DNA of 64,000 bases, from the sequence record MW845758.1; one strand, 5' to 3'. How positions within the stretch are numbered: position 1 is the first letter of the stretch; each line of letters starts with the position of its first letter. The notes under the pieces are model-generated. The model was not told the origin of the DNA and did not search any database. It saw only the letters and a program-made list of their open reading frames with translations. Positions 15,351 to 24,660 of this stretch are shown piece after piece. The translations under genes were made by a program, and so were the position numbers.

Positions 15351-16409
15351 TCATTCTTCTAAGATACGGTAAAGCGGGAACAGCAACGCGTGTTTGTAAT
15401 GGTTCTGTACGGGCTTCTTGAGTTTCTCGAAAACCCGCAGGTCTTCAAACCGTTCCAAGTCAACCTTCAGGTTCGATTTGTCTTTCTGCATTGCCGGGTT
15501 ATCGTACTGATAACAGAAGAGTGCCCAGTGCCAGTTCACCAAATCGCGTGGCCAGTTACTCTGCAGCGTGGAACCGCTCTCTCGAAAGAGAACACGGTCT
15601 ACTGCGTCTGAGGGGTCCCACAGCGAGAAGAACTGCGGAACATGACGTAAGACTACACCCGGGAGTGGAGAGCCGCGTAAGAGCGCCTCACGCACTTTGG
15701 TGGCATTCCTAACGGCTAAGTCCCGCAGTGGGGGAACGGGAACGGTACGTGTCGGTGCATCCTTTTCTACCTCTAGCCCCATCGCTACCCGACGGTGGAT
15801 ATTGAGAAATGCGATATCCATGTACGACGGCAGCATCCGGTACACGACGTGTTGTTGTGCGTAGACCGGGGAGGAAATAGGTGTATTGGTTCGCTGGTAG
15901 TATTCCACCCCTTTGGTGTATTGCCAGAGGAGGGCCACAAGGTTAATCTCAATGATGCTTACACCCGACGGTTTGTCCGTACCCAGTTGCCAGTTCAGAT
16001 TGGTATACTCGTGGTAAAGGTAGACAGCCGGGGTGTAATCCTGAAATGACAGATAGGGATCAACCGGGCGTGCAACCAGCGAAATGATCTCATCTTGGCC
16101 GGTGATGAATTTGCCATTATGTACTTGGCCGAATTCACCCACCGAGGAAAGTTTTAAGGCATTACCGATTCTTGTTACTGCACGTAGGCAAGCCCACTCG
16201 ACATCGTCGTACGTGGCATCACCTGCGAAACCCACTGCGGTTATCAGTTCCAGAATCAAATGGTTAGAAACGGTACGGGTACCTGAGCGTTCCAGAAAGT
16301 TGCGGATACGTTGCTGGTTGTTTTTTACAGCAGCGGCTATCTGTATAGCAGATGGGTCTGCATAGATGCCTTTGACTGCCGCCTGATTCAAATCGGCGCG
16401 ACTGAACAT
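15351..16409 (-). CDS. Conserved virion protein (phiKZ gp52-like; 352 aa)
   Basis: ATG16409 with AAGGAG SD; divergent from chimallin, matching phiKZ synteny. Confidence 0.7.
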   Translation of the reverse strand: MFSRADLNQAAVKGIYADPSAIQIAAAVKNNQQRIRNFLERSGTRTVSNHLILELITAVGFAGDATYDDVEWACLRAVTRIGNALKLSSVGEFGQVHNGKFITGQDEIISLVARPVDPYLSFQDYTPAVYLYHEYTNLNWQLGTDKPSGVSIIEINLVALLWQYTKGVEYYQRTNTPISSPVYAQQHVVYRMLPSYMDIAFLNIHRRVAMGLEVEKDAPTRTVPVPPLRDLAVRNATKVREALLRGSPLPGVVLRHVPQFFSLWDPSDAVDRVLFRESGSTLQSNWPRDLVNWHWALFCYQYDNPAMQKDKSNLKVDLERFEDLRVFEKLKKPVQNHYKHALLFPLYRILEE

Positions 16410-16460
16410 TGACTGTCTCCTTTGGTTGCACATAGGAAATCCCCAATCTAAAAAATTACA

Positions 16461-16480
16461 GATTGATATTATCTATGTGA
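16461..16480 (+). promoter_or_regulatory. Putative early promoter 1 of chmA
   Basis: GATTGATATTATCTATGTGA. Confidence 0.7.
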
Positions 16481-16548
16481 CAGAACGGTGAAACTGTCTG
16501 TATGTGTGTTCACTAAGCGACGGCTTACCCACATTGTAAAATATCACA

Positions 16549-16568
16549 GGCAGATATTATTCCCGTGA
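16549..16568 (+). promoter_or_regulatory. Putative early promoter 2 of chmA
   Basis: GGCAGATATTATTCCCGTGA. Confidence 0.7.
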
Positions 16569-16606
16569 TGTACTACATTAATTAAACTCCTTAAGGATAA
16601 ATTACC

Positions 16607-18424
16607 ATGGTTAAAGAATACGAAGCTCCAAACAACAACGCATCTTCTCAGGCTAACACTCAGAAATCTACCTTCGCTGAGCAGCCTCAGACCCAGCAAG
16701 CGCAGAACGGTTCTCTGGACTTCGGTTCTCTGGGCGCAACTACCGGCATGGACCGCGCATTCGGCTGGCAGTCTCTTTCTTCAATGGCGGCTGATTTCGT
16801 TAGCCGTATCGCTGAGATCAATAAGAACAACCCGAACGCTGGCCTGAACCGCTTTAAGACCGGTGTTGTTGAAGCGGTCTCTCAGTCCGACTTCGGCTCT
16901 GCTGCATACGTTGCGCTGCAGTATGGTGCACACTGGCTGTACGGTATCGTGCTGTTTGAGAAAGGCGACAGCATGCGTGTTGTTACCAACAACAACGTCG
17001 AAACCTACTACACTGTGACCTCTCTGGTAAACCAGCAGGTTCTGGAAACTGTGGTTAAGTCTGCACAAGACACCCACGGCATTTCTAACCTGGCCTTCAT
17101 GGCGCTGAACTCCGTACCGGATCTCGGCAAGCCAATGGACGACGCATGGGCGCTGCAGCTGATGGGTCAGATGCTGACCGGTATCGCTGGTCGCTTCGCT
17201 GGTGTTCTGGGTGATGTTAAACTGTCTAAGTCTGACCGCTTCAACGTGAACGTCGCTGACGTGACCGCTGGTGTGGTACTGGATAGCAATGCTCACCCAC
17301 AGCGTGCAAACTTCGCAGTAGCGGTAAACCATCAGCAGCAGACTCAGGCCGACGTAGCGCCAACTCTGCTGAGCGATGGCGGTGACCGTACTCTGCCGAA
17401 AACTGTAGCAACTGGTTTCGTTAACCTGCGCTTCACTGGCCTGAAAGCTCAGGTACAGGGCGTAACGGATCTGAAACAGCTGCAGGGTGAAGTGGTTGTG
17501 TCTCTGGTCGATTCTCAGATGGCTGGCTCTAAAGCACCATACGAGCGTCAGCTGCTGGCACTGGCTGCCTTTGCGGATATCGCACAGGTTGGCGGATGGC
17601 GTGATGTGTTCAAGGGCTCCTTGAACAACGGTGACCGTAAATTCTCAGCGGTAGCTTCTTACCTGAACTGGGGCGGCGACAAAGTTGACGTTAAGAAACT
17701 CGACGGCAACAAAGACGCAATCGATATGGCACTGGACACCTTCGCACCACCACAGGCTGCGCTGGTTGTTTCACATCGTGCGGGTAACGGTCTGGGCGGT
17801 CTGTCAACTCTGCTGGCAGAAATCGCAACCGGTAACGTTCACTCACTCGGCCAGCTGCTGAACATCCTCGACGCGATGTTCCCGGGCGACACCAAGTTCC
17901 GTAACTCTCTGGCCACTGCGCTGGGTGGTGTTACTGAGCTGAAATGCAGCCACATCATCGCGGCAGCGGTTCCAACCATTTCTGGTGTTTACACCGGTAC
18001 TGGCGAGAAGCGTTCTGCAGCCGATATGGATCTGGTGTCTGTACTGACTCACCTGGGTGACAAGCAGTCTGATGTGTACCGTTACATGTACGCTCAGTCC
18101 TACTCTAACCGCCAGATGGACGACAAAGCTCAGCGTATCTACCTGCTGAAGCTGGCTGCGGCTATGTACGGCGGTCGTGAGTTCCGTGGTACTGGTGAAT
18201 CTCTGGATATGGCTGTTCATCCGGTGTTCGCTAAGACCCTGCTGGAGCGCGTACGTGGTGCAGTGTCTGCATGGCAGCTGAACGGCGTTCAGGCGCACGA
18301 CATGCTGAACAACAGCCTGTTCACCAACAACGGCGGCGAAAGCTTCGTCCTGTCAGGTTCTGGCAACGGCGGCGCATTCGACAGCTTCGGTCTGAACGTA
18401 ACTACCAACTCCTTTACCCTGTAA
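16607..18424 (+). CDS. chmA: Chimallin, major phage-nucleus shell protein
   Basis: 605 aa with a Q/N-rich N-terminus, G/F-rich C-terminal tail and high-expression codon use. Lies immediately upstream of nvRNAP beta'-N (phiKZ gp54-gp55 order). Confidence 0.8.
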   Translation: MVKEYEAPNNNASSQANTQKSTFAEQPQTQQAQNGSLDFGSLGATTGMDRAFGWQSLSSMAADFVSRIAEINKNNPNAGLNRFKTGVVEAVSQSDFGSAAYVALQYGAHWLYGIVLFEKGDSMRVVTNNNVETYYTVTSLVNQQVLETVVKSAQDTHGISNLAFMALNSVPDLGKPMDDAWALQLMGQMLTGIAGRFAGVLGDVKLSKSDRFNVNVADVTAGVVLDSNAHPQRANFAVAVNHQQQTQADVAPTLLSDGGDRTLPKTVATGFVNLRFTGLKAQVQGVTDLKQLQGEVVVSLVDSQMAGSKAPYERQLLALAAFADIAQVGGWRDVFKGSLNNGDRKFSAVASYLNWGGDKVDVKKLDGNKDAIDMALDTFAPPQAALVVSHRAGNGLGGLSTLLAEIATGNVHSLGQLLNILDAMFPGDTKFRNSLATALGGVTELKCSHIIAAAVPTISGVYTGTGEKRSAADMDLVSVLTHLGDKQSDVYRYMYAQSYSNRQMDDKAQRIYLLKLAAAMYGGREFRGTGESLDMAVHPVFAKTLLERVRGAVSAWQLNGVQAHDMLNNSLFTNNGGESFVLSGSGNGGAFDSFGLNVTTNSFTL

Positions 18425-18450
18425 GGTAGTCTGGTAGCGCTGTAAGAAAA

Positions 18451-18490
18451 AGAGCAGGGGTTAACGCCCCTGCTCTCCCCCTCTTTTTTT
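18451..18490 (+). terminator. Hairpin and T run between chmA and nvRNAP beta'-N
   Basis: AGAGCAGGGG-TTAACG-CCCCTGCTCT, then CCCCCTC and T7. Confidence 0.65.
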
Positions 18491-18505
18491 GTCAGTGAGG
18501 AATCT

Positions 18506-20095
18506 GTGCATAATCCACCTAAATTCTACGGCATCTCCGGCCGACTGGAATGCCAAGATAATTATCTTCGGGATTTGTTCATCGAAGCTGCGGCTAAGAA
18601 CATCAAACCCCCGACGGTAATCAATGATGTGGCACGTTCTAGCGATCCGATCAAAGTTGCTGAAGAGATTGACTTGTTGGTGCAAAACCGCATCCGCGAT
18701 GAGCAGCTCAACAGTGCACCGATTTGTAGCATCACCTGTGAACGTCCTATCGCCCACCGTTATAACCTCGGCGTCGTGTGTCCAACTTGCGGCTATGCGG
18801 TCACCGAACACCGTATCGAGTCCGAAGTCTGGATTCGTGCCCCTGAGGAGATGGGGTATTTCATCAGTCCACGTTTCTGGGCGATGTTCAATGCCTTCTT
18901 CGGTGGTAAGATGAAGAAGTTCGACCGTAACAAAGTCACGGTATCGCGTGGTTCGGATATGATGATGTGGATTCTCGATCCCTACTATCGTCCGGACGAA
19001 GCAGATTCCAAACGCATGCAAGTGGTCAAGAATATCCTGACCGAGCGCGGCTTTGAGCGTGGGATCAGAAACTTTGTCGACCATCACCAAACTGTGTTCA
19101 AGCTGTTAACCGATCCCGACGTGTGGAAAGAGATTTATCCGAGCAATCGCAATACTGCGGGTGCCAGTGAAATCTTACGCGTGCAGTGGAAGACGTTCTT
19201 TGAAACACAGTCCCACGGAATGTTTACCCATCACCTGCCGATTATCTCACCAAAGCTAATCGTGTCGGAAGAAGGTCGCCGTGGTATCATGATTGACCCG
19301 GTCTTTACCGGTGCAATTGATGCAGTGAAGAACATCAGTCTCCTTTATACTCGCGGCAAGATGATAGAACCCCGGTTCCTTATCAGTCGTGCTATTAAAG
19401 CGAACCAACAGCTGGCGTACTTCCACATGGACTTCCGTCGTGAAGTGCTGGAGCAAAAGCCCGGCTATTATCGCGGCAAGGTCAGCGCAACCCACATTCC
19501 GTTCTCGGGTCGTGCAACAATCTCCCCTATCTCTGAACCACACGATGCATGGAAACTCAAAGCACCGTGGCGTTGGATGGTTGGGTTGATGTCTGTGGAT
19601 ATCGAGAACAAACTCATGCGTCGTGGCTACTCGCCTCGTGAGTGTGAGCGTATCGTGGCACTGGCGTGTATGCAGTTTATGCCAGAAGTCAAAGAGATTC
19701 TCGATGAGCTGATTCGTGAGTCCCCGGGTGGCAACGGTATCCCTGTGGTACCTCTGCGTAACCCAACGTTGGTACAGTTGTCTGTACAGCTGCTGTTTAT
19801 CGACGAAGTGGTCACGGATGTTAACCAGTGTTCTATCCGTATCTCCGATCGCGTTATCAAATGTGCGAACGGCGATTTCGATGGTGACCAGTTCATGGTG
19901 TACCGTCCAGTGGACAAACTGGAAATGGATCTGGCGGAAGCATACCGTCCGGATAATGGCTTCATGTCCTCGACCAATGTTGACAAGGTTGAAGGTGGCA
20001 TGATTTTACATAACGAGCTCATCAGTATGCAGAACCAGTTCCTCATTGAGGCAGATGAGGATGACGAAGTTGGAATTGCTTTAGAAGATCTTTAA
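18506..20095 (+). CDS. Non-virion RNAP beta'-like N-terminal subunit with the catalytic site (phiKZ gp55-like)
   Basis: Zn ribbon ITCE..VCPTC, RGKVSATHIPFSGRATISP, LRNPTL, catalytic NGDFDGD. Confidence 0.92.
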   Translation: MHNPPKFYGISGRLECQDNYLRDLFIEAAAKNIKPPTVINDVARSSDPIKVAEEIDLLVQNRIRDEQLNSAPICSITCERPIAHRYNLGVVCPTCGYAVTEHRIESEVWIRAPEEMGYFISPRFWAMFNAFFGGKMKKFDRNKVTVSRGSDMMMWILDPYYRPDEADSKRMQVVKNILTERGFERGIRNFVDHHQTVFKLLTDPDVWKEIYPSNRNTAGASEILRVQWKTFFETQSHGMFTHHLPIISPKLIVSEEGRRGIMIDPVFTGAIDAVKNISLLYTRGKMIEPRFLISRAIKANQQLAYFHMDFRREVLEQKPGYYRGKVSATHIPFSGRATISPISEPHDAWKLKAPWRWMVGLMSVDIENKLMRRGYSPRECERIVALACMQFMPEVKEILDELIRESPGGNGIPVVPLRNPTLVQLSVQLLFIDEVVTDVNQCSIRISDRVIKCANGDFDGDQFMVYRPVDKLEMDLAEAYRPDNGFMSSTNVDKVEGGMILHNELISMQNQFLIEADEDDEVGIALEDL

Positions 20096-20124
20096 TGTTT
20101 TAACTGTAAGGAGTAGCTTATCGA

Positions 20125-20715
20125 ATGGGTATGTGGAATCAGGCACTGAGCCCGTGGCATCAGCAGTCCTCCGGAGGCGGGTTATTCGATGTCTTTAAAG
20201 AGACGTTCGACATTACCAAACTTGCCCCGGGATTGTTTGAGCGGGTAAATGAACACAATCAGGAGCTACAGTCGCTTGAGTTGTTCCGTAAGACTAATGC
20301 CACCGCCCGCAAAGTTATGCACGACGGGCTGGATGACGTTATCCGTATTCTGGACACGCTGGGTGAATTCCAGTTTGCACCAGATTCCATGCAAGGGTTC
20401 TTGGTTGCGATGCCTGAGTATCGTAATCTCTATAACCAGAACATGGCTGCGGGCTTCGAGAACGGCTTTGCTCAAGTTGACCCGTATCGCGGTAACGGGT
20501 ATATGCACACGGATACCAACTATCGTGAGATCACCAGTGGCCTGCAGACCGAATATGACGAACGTCACGTTTGGAACTGGGCTGCGGATGAAGCACGTAC
20601 CACTCGACCAGACTTGGTTGAGAAGCATATCGTGGTCAACATGAACTGGGCGAAGATGCGTGATATGGATTGGGAAGATGACGATCCTTTATCACAGCTT
20701 GGCGCGTCCTGCTAA
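20125..20715 (+). CDS. Conserved hypothetical protein (196 aa)
   Basis: SD AAGGAG, followed by terminator 20721-20748. Confidence 0.85.
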   Translation: MGMWNQALSPWHQQSSGGGLFDVFKETFDITKLAPGLFERVNEHNQELQSLELFRKTNATARKVMHDGLDDVIRILDTLGEFQFAPDSMQGFLVAMPEYRNLYNQNMAAGFENGFAQVDPYRGNGYMHTDTNYREITSGLQTEYDERHVWNWAADEARTTRPDLVEKHIVVNMNWAKMRDMDWEDDDPLSQLGASC

Positions 20716-20720
20716 ATAAG

Positions 20721-20748
20721 AAGAGGGGTGGGTCGCCCCTCTTTTTTT
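20721..20748 (+). terminator. Rho-independent terminator
   Basis: AAGAGGGG..CCCCTCTT plus T run. Confidence 0.8.
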
Positions 20749-20761
20749 GCTGGAGTGGAAA

Positions 20762-21151
20762 ATGCCAACTGCTGTAGGAACGCTTTCAACGCGGGGCTGG
20801 GCTTTTACAGCCGAAGATAAAATCCGTGAACTGATGAATCACTACACCGAATCCGGTGCCAGTCAGACAGTCATCTATCGCGGTAAAATCAAATCACTGG
20901 CGTACACCAAAGCCATGAATGCGCAGAATCCTGATAACATGGCTACGGCTGTGCAAACGGATCTGCTGGCGCTGTACGGTGCGGTGTTCAACGATGCCGA
21001 TAGCATCAATGTTGAATGTACTGTAGATGTCACGTACGAACAAGATTCGGATGTGCGTTTTAACCTGAACATTAACCTACGCGTGCGTGTGAACGGCGTG
21101 TGGATGGATGCGGTCAATTACGTTGAGACCGTAGACGGAGAAACATCATGA
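20762..21151 (+). CDS. Probable virion protein, possibly a T4 gp25-like sheath initiator (129 aa)
   Basis: ATG20762 with GGAG SD. Size and helix-then-beta pattern (DLLALYG..INVECTV..FNLNINLRV) resemble gp25. Confidence 0.5.
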   Translation: MPTAVGTLSTRGWAFTAEDKIRELMNHYTESGASQTVIYRGKIKSLAYTKAMNAQNPDNMATAVQTDLLALYGAVFNDADSINVECTVDVTYEQDSDVRFNLNINLRVRVNGVWMDAVNYVETVDGETS

Positions 21152-21795
21152 GTAAAAGCTACGATGATATCAAACACCAAATGGGGCCAGAGAAGCAGTT
21201 CCATGTGGAGCGTTTGTTGGACATGGAAGATGACATGAAAGGGATCTTGAACGGCTCCTCACGTTTCACTGAATCAAACTTCCGTCGTCAGGGCCTGCCG
21301 ATTCTGACCATGATGCTGGATGATACCTTCGATCCGCAGATGTGGGCTAACTACGTCGGGTCAATGTTTGTCGGGCTGGAAATCGTCTCTGACAGTAACT
21401 ACGACGAAATCCTGTTCACCCTACCGCCGGCAATGTATACCGGTCAATCGTTGCGCCAAGTCGAAGGCCAACCGTCGTTGTCTGAAGAGTCTGCTGAGAT
21501 TTATAACCAGACCCTTATCATGGCAAGCTCTGGTCATCAGATGATGGCGTCGCTTATCAAAGACACCCTCGGCGGGATTGACACACTGGCTCACCGTGAA
21601 AATTCTATCCGTGCGTATAACACCATTCAGACCATTAACTTTGTGTTTGAACGTTATGGCATTCAGGGTCGTGTACCGATGCCTGAAGGGTTAGAAGCCA
21701 CTGCAAAAGGTTACGCTGGTCAAGCGGTTACCGCAACCGGTAAACCTGCGGTGCAGCAGAAGGAAAAGTTTGATGGTGTCGGAGAAGATCTTTAA
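21148..21795 (+). CDS. Conserved hypothetical protein (215 aa)
   Basis: ATGA coupling, SD GGAG. Confidence 0.85.
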   Translation: MSKSYDDIKHQMGPEKQFHVERLLDMEDDMKGILNGSSRFTESNFRRQGLPILTMMLDDTFDPQMWANYVGSMFVGLEIVSDSNYDEILFTLPPAMYTGQSLRQVEGQPSLSEESAEIYNQTLIMASSGHQMMASLIKDTLGGIDTLAHRENSIRAYNTIQTINFVFERYGIQGRVPMPEGLEATAKGYAGQAVTATGKPAVQQKEKFDGVGEDL

Positions 21796-22936
21796 TTTCA
21801 CCCCGATTGCAAAGGCCACAGGCTTAAAACGTCTGCTGGTTTTTAGCGACGTTCACCTGTTACATCGTCGCGTTCCAACGTGGCACATGGTGACGTATCT
21901 GCGTGATATGATCGAAGCCTGCGGGAACACAGTTGATGCCATTTATATAGCAGGGGACCTCTTTGATGATTCCCGCTATCTGCGCCAAAGCGACTCGCAA
22001 GAGGCTGTAGGCTTTGTGACTTGGCTGCTCGGTTGGTGTAAAATCACCAATACGGCTCTACGTATTCTGGAAGGCACCCCCTCGCATGACCACGGTCAAT
22101 CGAAAATCGTTGAAACTCTGAATCTCGCAATCGGTGCAGAGTGTCTTTATTTAGACAAAATCGGCGTGTTTTACGATGAGGTGATAGATGCCACAGTCGG
22201 TTGGGTGCAAGACGAGTACAAGGCCACTGGCGCAGACGGCATTAGCGCTGCTGCAACGGAACAGGAGATGGCTGAGTTATTAGCCACCCGGTGTTTGGAA
22301 AGAGTTGATTTCTTCTTCATGCACGGTTGCTTCAAGTTCCAACTTCCCATGATAGACTCACCACGTAGCTTTGATGAGTCGTTCTGGTTACCGAAAACGA
22401 AACATGGCATCTATATCGGCCATGACCACCGTAAGAAGGTGCTGGATAAGATTACCGTCACCGGTTCAACAGACCGATTGACAGTTGGGGAAGAAGAGTC
22501 CAAAGGCATGACCATCGTGGACTTTAATGACACGGTGTGTCGTAATTGGTTCTACGAGAATCCGTTCGCGTGCCCACAACGTAAAGTGCGACACAATGAC
22601 GATTATGATGCGCACTATGAAGCGTGTCTGAACGCCTTGCGGTTTATCGACGAACATCCAGCATCTCAAGTTGGCTGGCTCGAAATTGAGTACCAGTCGG
22701 GTTCTCCTATTGCGGGACATATCTCGCGATGGAAGAAAGAATACTCCTTCCACATCGAAGGGAGTAAGGTGGCAACCGCCGAAGAGGAAGCGCTACTAAC
22801 GCAAGCGTTCACCCATGATGCGATTGTGATGGAAACCATTACACCGGATAACACCGAGTGTATCTTATTAGAAGAACTGGCCGGGCTCAAATACAACCCA
22901 ACCATTATTTCTAATATCATTAGGAAAGTCCAATGA
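21770..22936 (+). CDS. sbcD: SbcD/Mre11-like metallophosphoesterase nuclease
   Basis: Motifs FSDVH, IAGDLFD, EGTPSHD, FMHG, IGHDH. Confidence 0.85.
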   Translation: MMVSEKIFNFTPIAKATGLKRLLVFSDVHLLHRRVPTWHMVTYLRDMIEACGNTVDAIYIAGDLFDDSRYLRQSDSQEAVGFVTWLLGWCKITNTALRILEGTPSHDHGQSKIVETLNLAIGAECLYLDKIGVFYDEVIDATVGWVQDEYKATGADGISAAATEQEMAELLATRCLERVDFFFMHGCFKFQLPMIDSPRSFDESFWLPKTKHGIYIGHDHRKKVLDKITVTGSTDRLTVGEEESKGMTIVDFNDTVCRNWFYENPFACPQRKVRHNDDYDAHYEACLNALRFIDEHPASQVGWLEIEYQSGSPIAGHISRWKKEYSFHIEGSKVATAEEEALLTQAFTHDAIVMETITPDNTECILLEELAGLKYNPTIISNIIRKVQ

Positions 22937-23751
22937 CTCCCATTAGCACCGACCGTGTTTTTGGGCATTATCCTATCTCTATCGCCAGTTCGCTGGCGAT
23001 TGAAGGACTGACGCATAGCGGCGAGTTTGCTGCATGGAAAGGCGAAGCGCCTATCCACCACTATCAGGTCATGTACCTGAACATCCGGACCCTGTTCCGT
23101 AACGCGTTCTACGCGTTTGAAGAAAATCGTGAACGACTGACACCAGACGTGATGCTAACATCGATTGAAGAAGATATTCAAAATATCATCGCCGCAGCAC
23201 GCGCTGCGGCCCCTTCGATGTTATGTGTTCCGTACCTGTGTGAGTACAAAACGGTGAACAAAATGTTCCCTGAAGCGGCGTTTCGTAATGCGAACACCCC
23301 GTCTCAGATTTTCTACAACACGCTGGAGCAAGACGTTTACAAACAGGTGGTCGGACAACAACTGTGGAATGCGACGTTCTTCGATTGCACGCTGAAAGGC
23401 GAGCACGATACGGTACTGCTCACCCATATGCCTGCGGACCTGTTGTCCCGTGGGGATTTCCCTAAACTGGCTTTAATCGAGTCACACACCGGTAAACTCA
23501 AAACACACCTTGAATGGTACAGTAAGGTAAACGGTAAATCCGCTCTGATTCCGTTTAACAAAGCCTTCCTGACTTTGTTTGGCGATGGGGTAATGTTCCA
23601 TCCGCTTGACCGTAAGGTGCGGGGTGTCGTGGTGAAGACCGCGGAGAAATACCACTGGACACAGACCACGACGATGGACCGTATCCACAACTGCTTACGA
23701 TTAGTGAATGAACCGCATGTGGTCGATTACCTGCGTAAACTCGCTCGCTGA
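22933..23751 (+). CDS. Conserved phiKZ-like protein (gp66 position), possibly nuclease-like
   Basis: ATGA coupling to sbcD; synteny. Function not supported by clear motifs. Confidence 0.6.
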   Translation: MTPISTDRVFGHYPISIASSLAIEGLTHSGEFAAWKGEAPIHHYQVMYLNIRTLFRNAFYAFEENRERLTPDVMLTSIEEDIQNIIAAARAAAPSMLCVPYLCEYKTVNKMFPEAAFRNANTPSQIFYNTLEQDVYKQVVGQQLWNATFFDCTLKGEHDTVLLTHMPADLLSRGDFPKLALIESHTGKLKTHLEWYSKVNGKSALIPFNKAFLTLFGDGVMFHPLDRKVRGVVVKTAEKYHWTQTTTMDRIHNCLRLVNEPHVVDYLRKLAR

Positions 23752-23815
23752 TTTTTTACGTTACCGGGGCTTAATGTGAAGGTAAGCCCCACTGGCATTT
23801 ACGAAGGACGAAATA

Positions 23816-24526
23816 ATGAATTACGAAATCTTTAAAGACCGCACGCTGTTCCCATTGTCCGAGCCAGACAATGCCGGTAAGCAGCGCAAGCTCAACATCG
23901 AGCCCAATGTTTTCAACGGCGACTGCGAAGGCTTGAAGTTCTCGTACAGCTGGGGTAAAGGCGAAGGCGTTTACTTTGATGCTCCGTACGGTACTTGCCG
24001 TCAGATTTTCGAAGCGCTGGGCGATGCTTTGAAGAAAGCTGAGAAAGGTACCCTGTCGTTCGAAAACGGTCGTGGTAACAAAGCGCCAACTACGCTGCAT
24101 GTGGGTCGTGGTGAAGACCTCGTTCCGTTCATGGCTATCTCTGGTGAAGTTAATGGCCAGAAGCGTACCAAGAAGTTCTTCTTCTATCCGCCAAAAGGTT
24201 TCCGTCTGCTGCGCGACGGCCAGCCTGTTAGCGATCTGGAAATGCGTGAGCGTGGTGCACGTTCATTCGTAACTGACTCTGAGCTGTTCTTAGAGCACCT
24301 GCGCGAAGTGTACAAGCCACGTGACTTTAACAACACCGGTGGTGGTAGCTTCGGTAAAGGCAACTACCAAGGTGGCCAAGGTGGTGGTAACAACTATCGT
24401 GGCGGTCAGGGTGGCGGTAATGGCGGTGGTTATCAAGGTGGCAACCAAGGCGGTTATCAGGGCGGTCAGCAACAGCAGCAACGCCAAGCTCCACCGGATC
24501 AATCCTTTGATGACATCATGCTTTAA
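23816..24526 (+). CDS. chmC: ChmC-like nucleus-associated nucleic-acid-binding protein
   Basis: Beta-rich ~170-aa domain plus a G/N/Q/Y-rich disordered tail and acidic tip; directly before the sigma-like subunit (synteny). Confidence 0.65.
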   Translation: MNYEIFKDRTLFPLSEPDNAGKQRKLNIEPNVFNGDCEGLKFSYSWGKGEGVYFDAPYGTCRQIFEALGDALKKAEKGTLSFENGRGNKAPTTLHVGRGEDLVPFMAISGEVNGQKRTKKFFFYPPKGFRLLRDGQPVSDLEMRERGARSFVTDSELFLEHLREVYKPRDFNNTGGGSFGKGNYQGGQGGGNNYRGGQGGGNGGGYQGGNQGGYQGGQQQQQRQAPPDQSFDDIML

Positions 24527-24536
24527 TTAGCATATT

Positions 24537-24565
24537 GGCCGTAGCGAATTCGCTACGGCCCTTTT
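24537..24565 (+). terminator. Rho-independent terminator
   Basis: GGCCGTAGCG-AATT-CGCTACGGCC-CTTTT. Confidence 0.8.
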
Positions 24566-24613
24566 AGCGGTTATGTGTCCCACTTACAACTATAACGACT
24601 CGATAAGATCTGG

Positions 24614-24633
24614 AATAGATATTATCAACGTGA
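24614..24633 (+). promoter_or_regulatory. Putative early promoter motif
   Basis: AATAGATATTATCAACGTGA. Confidence 0.7.
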
Positions 24634-24660
24634 ATAATTAACTGGTATCGGAGTTTTCGC

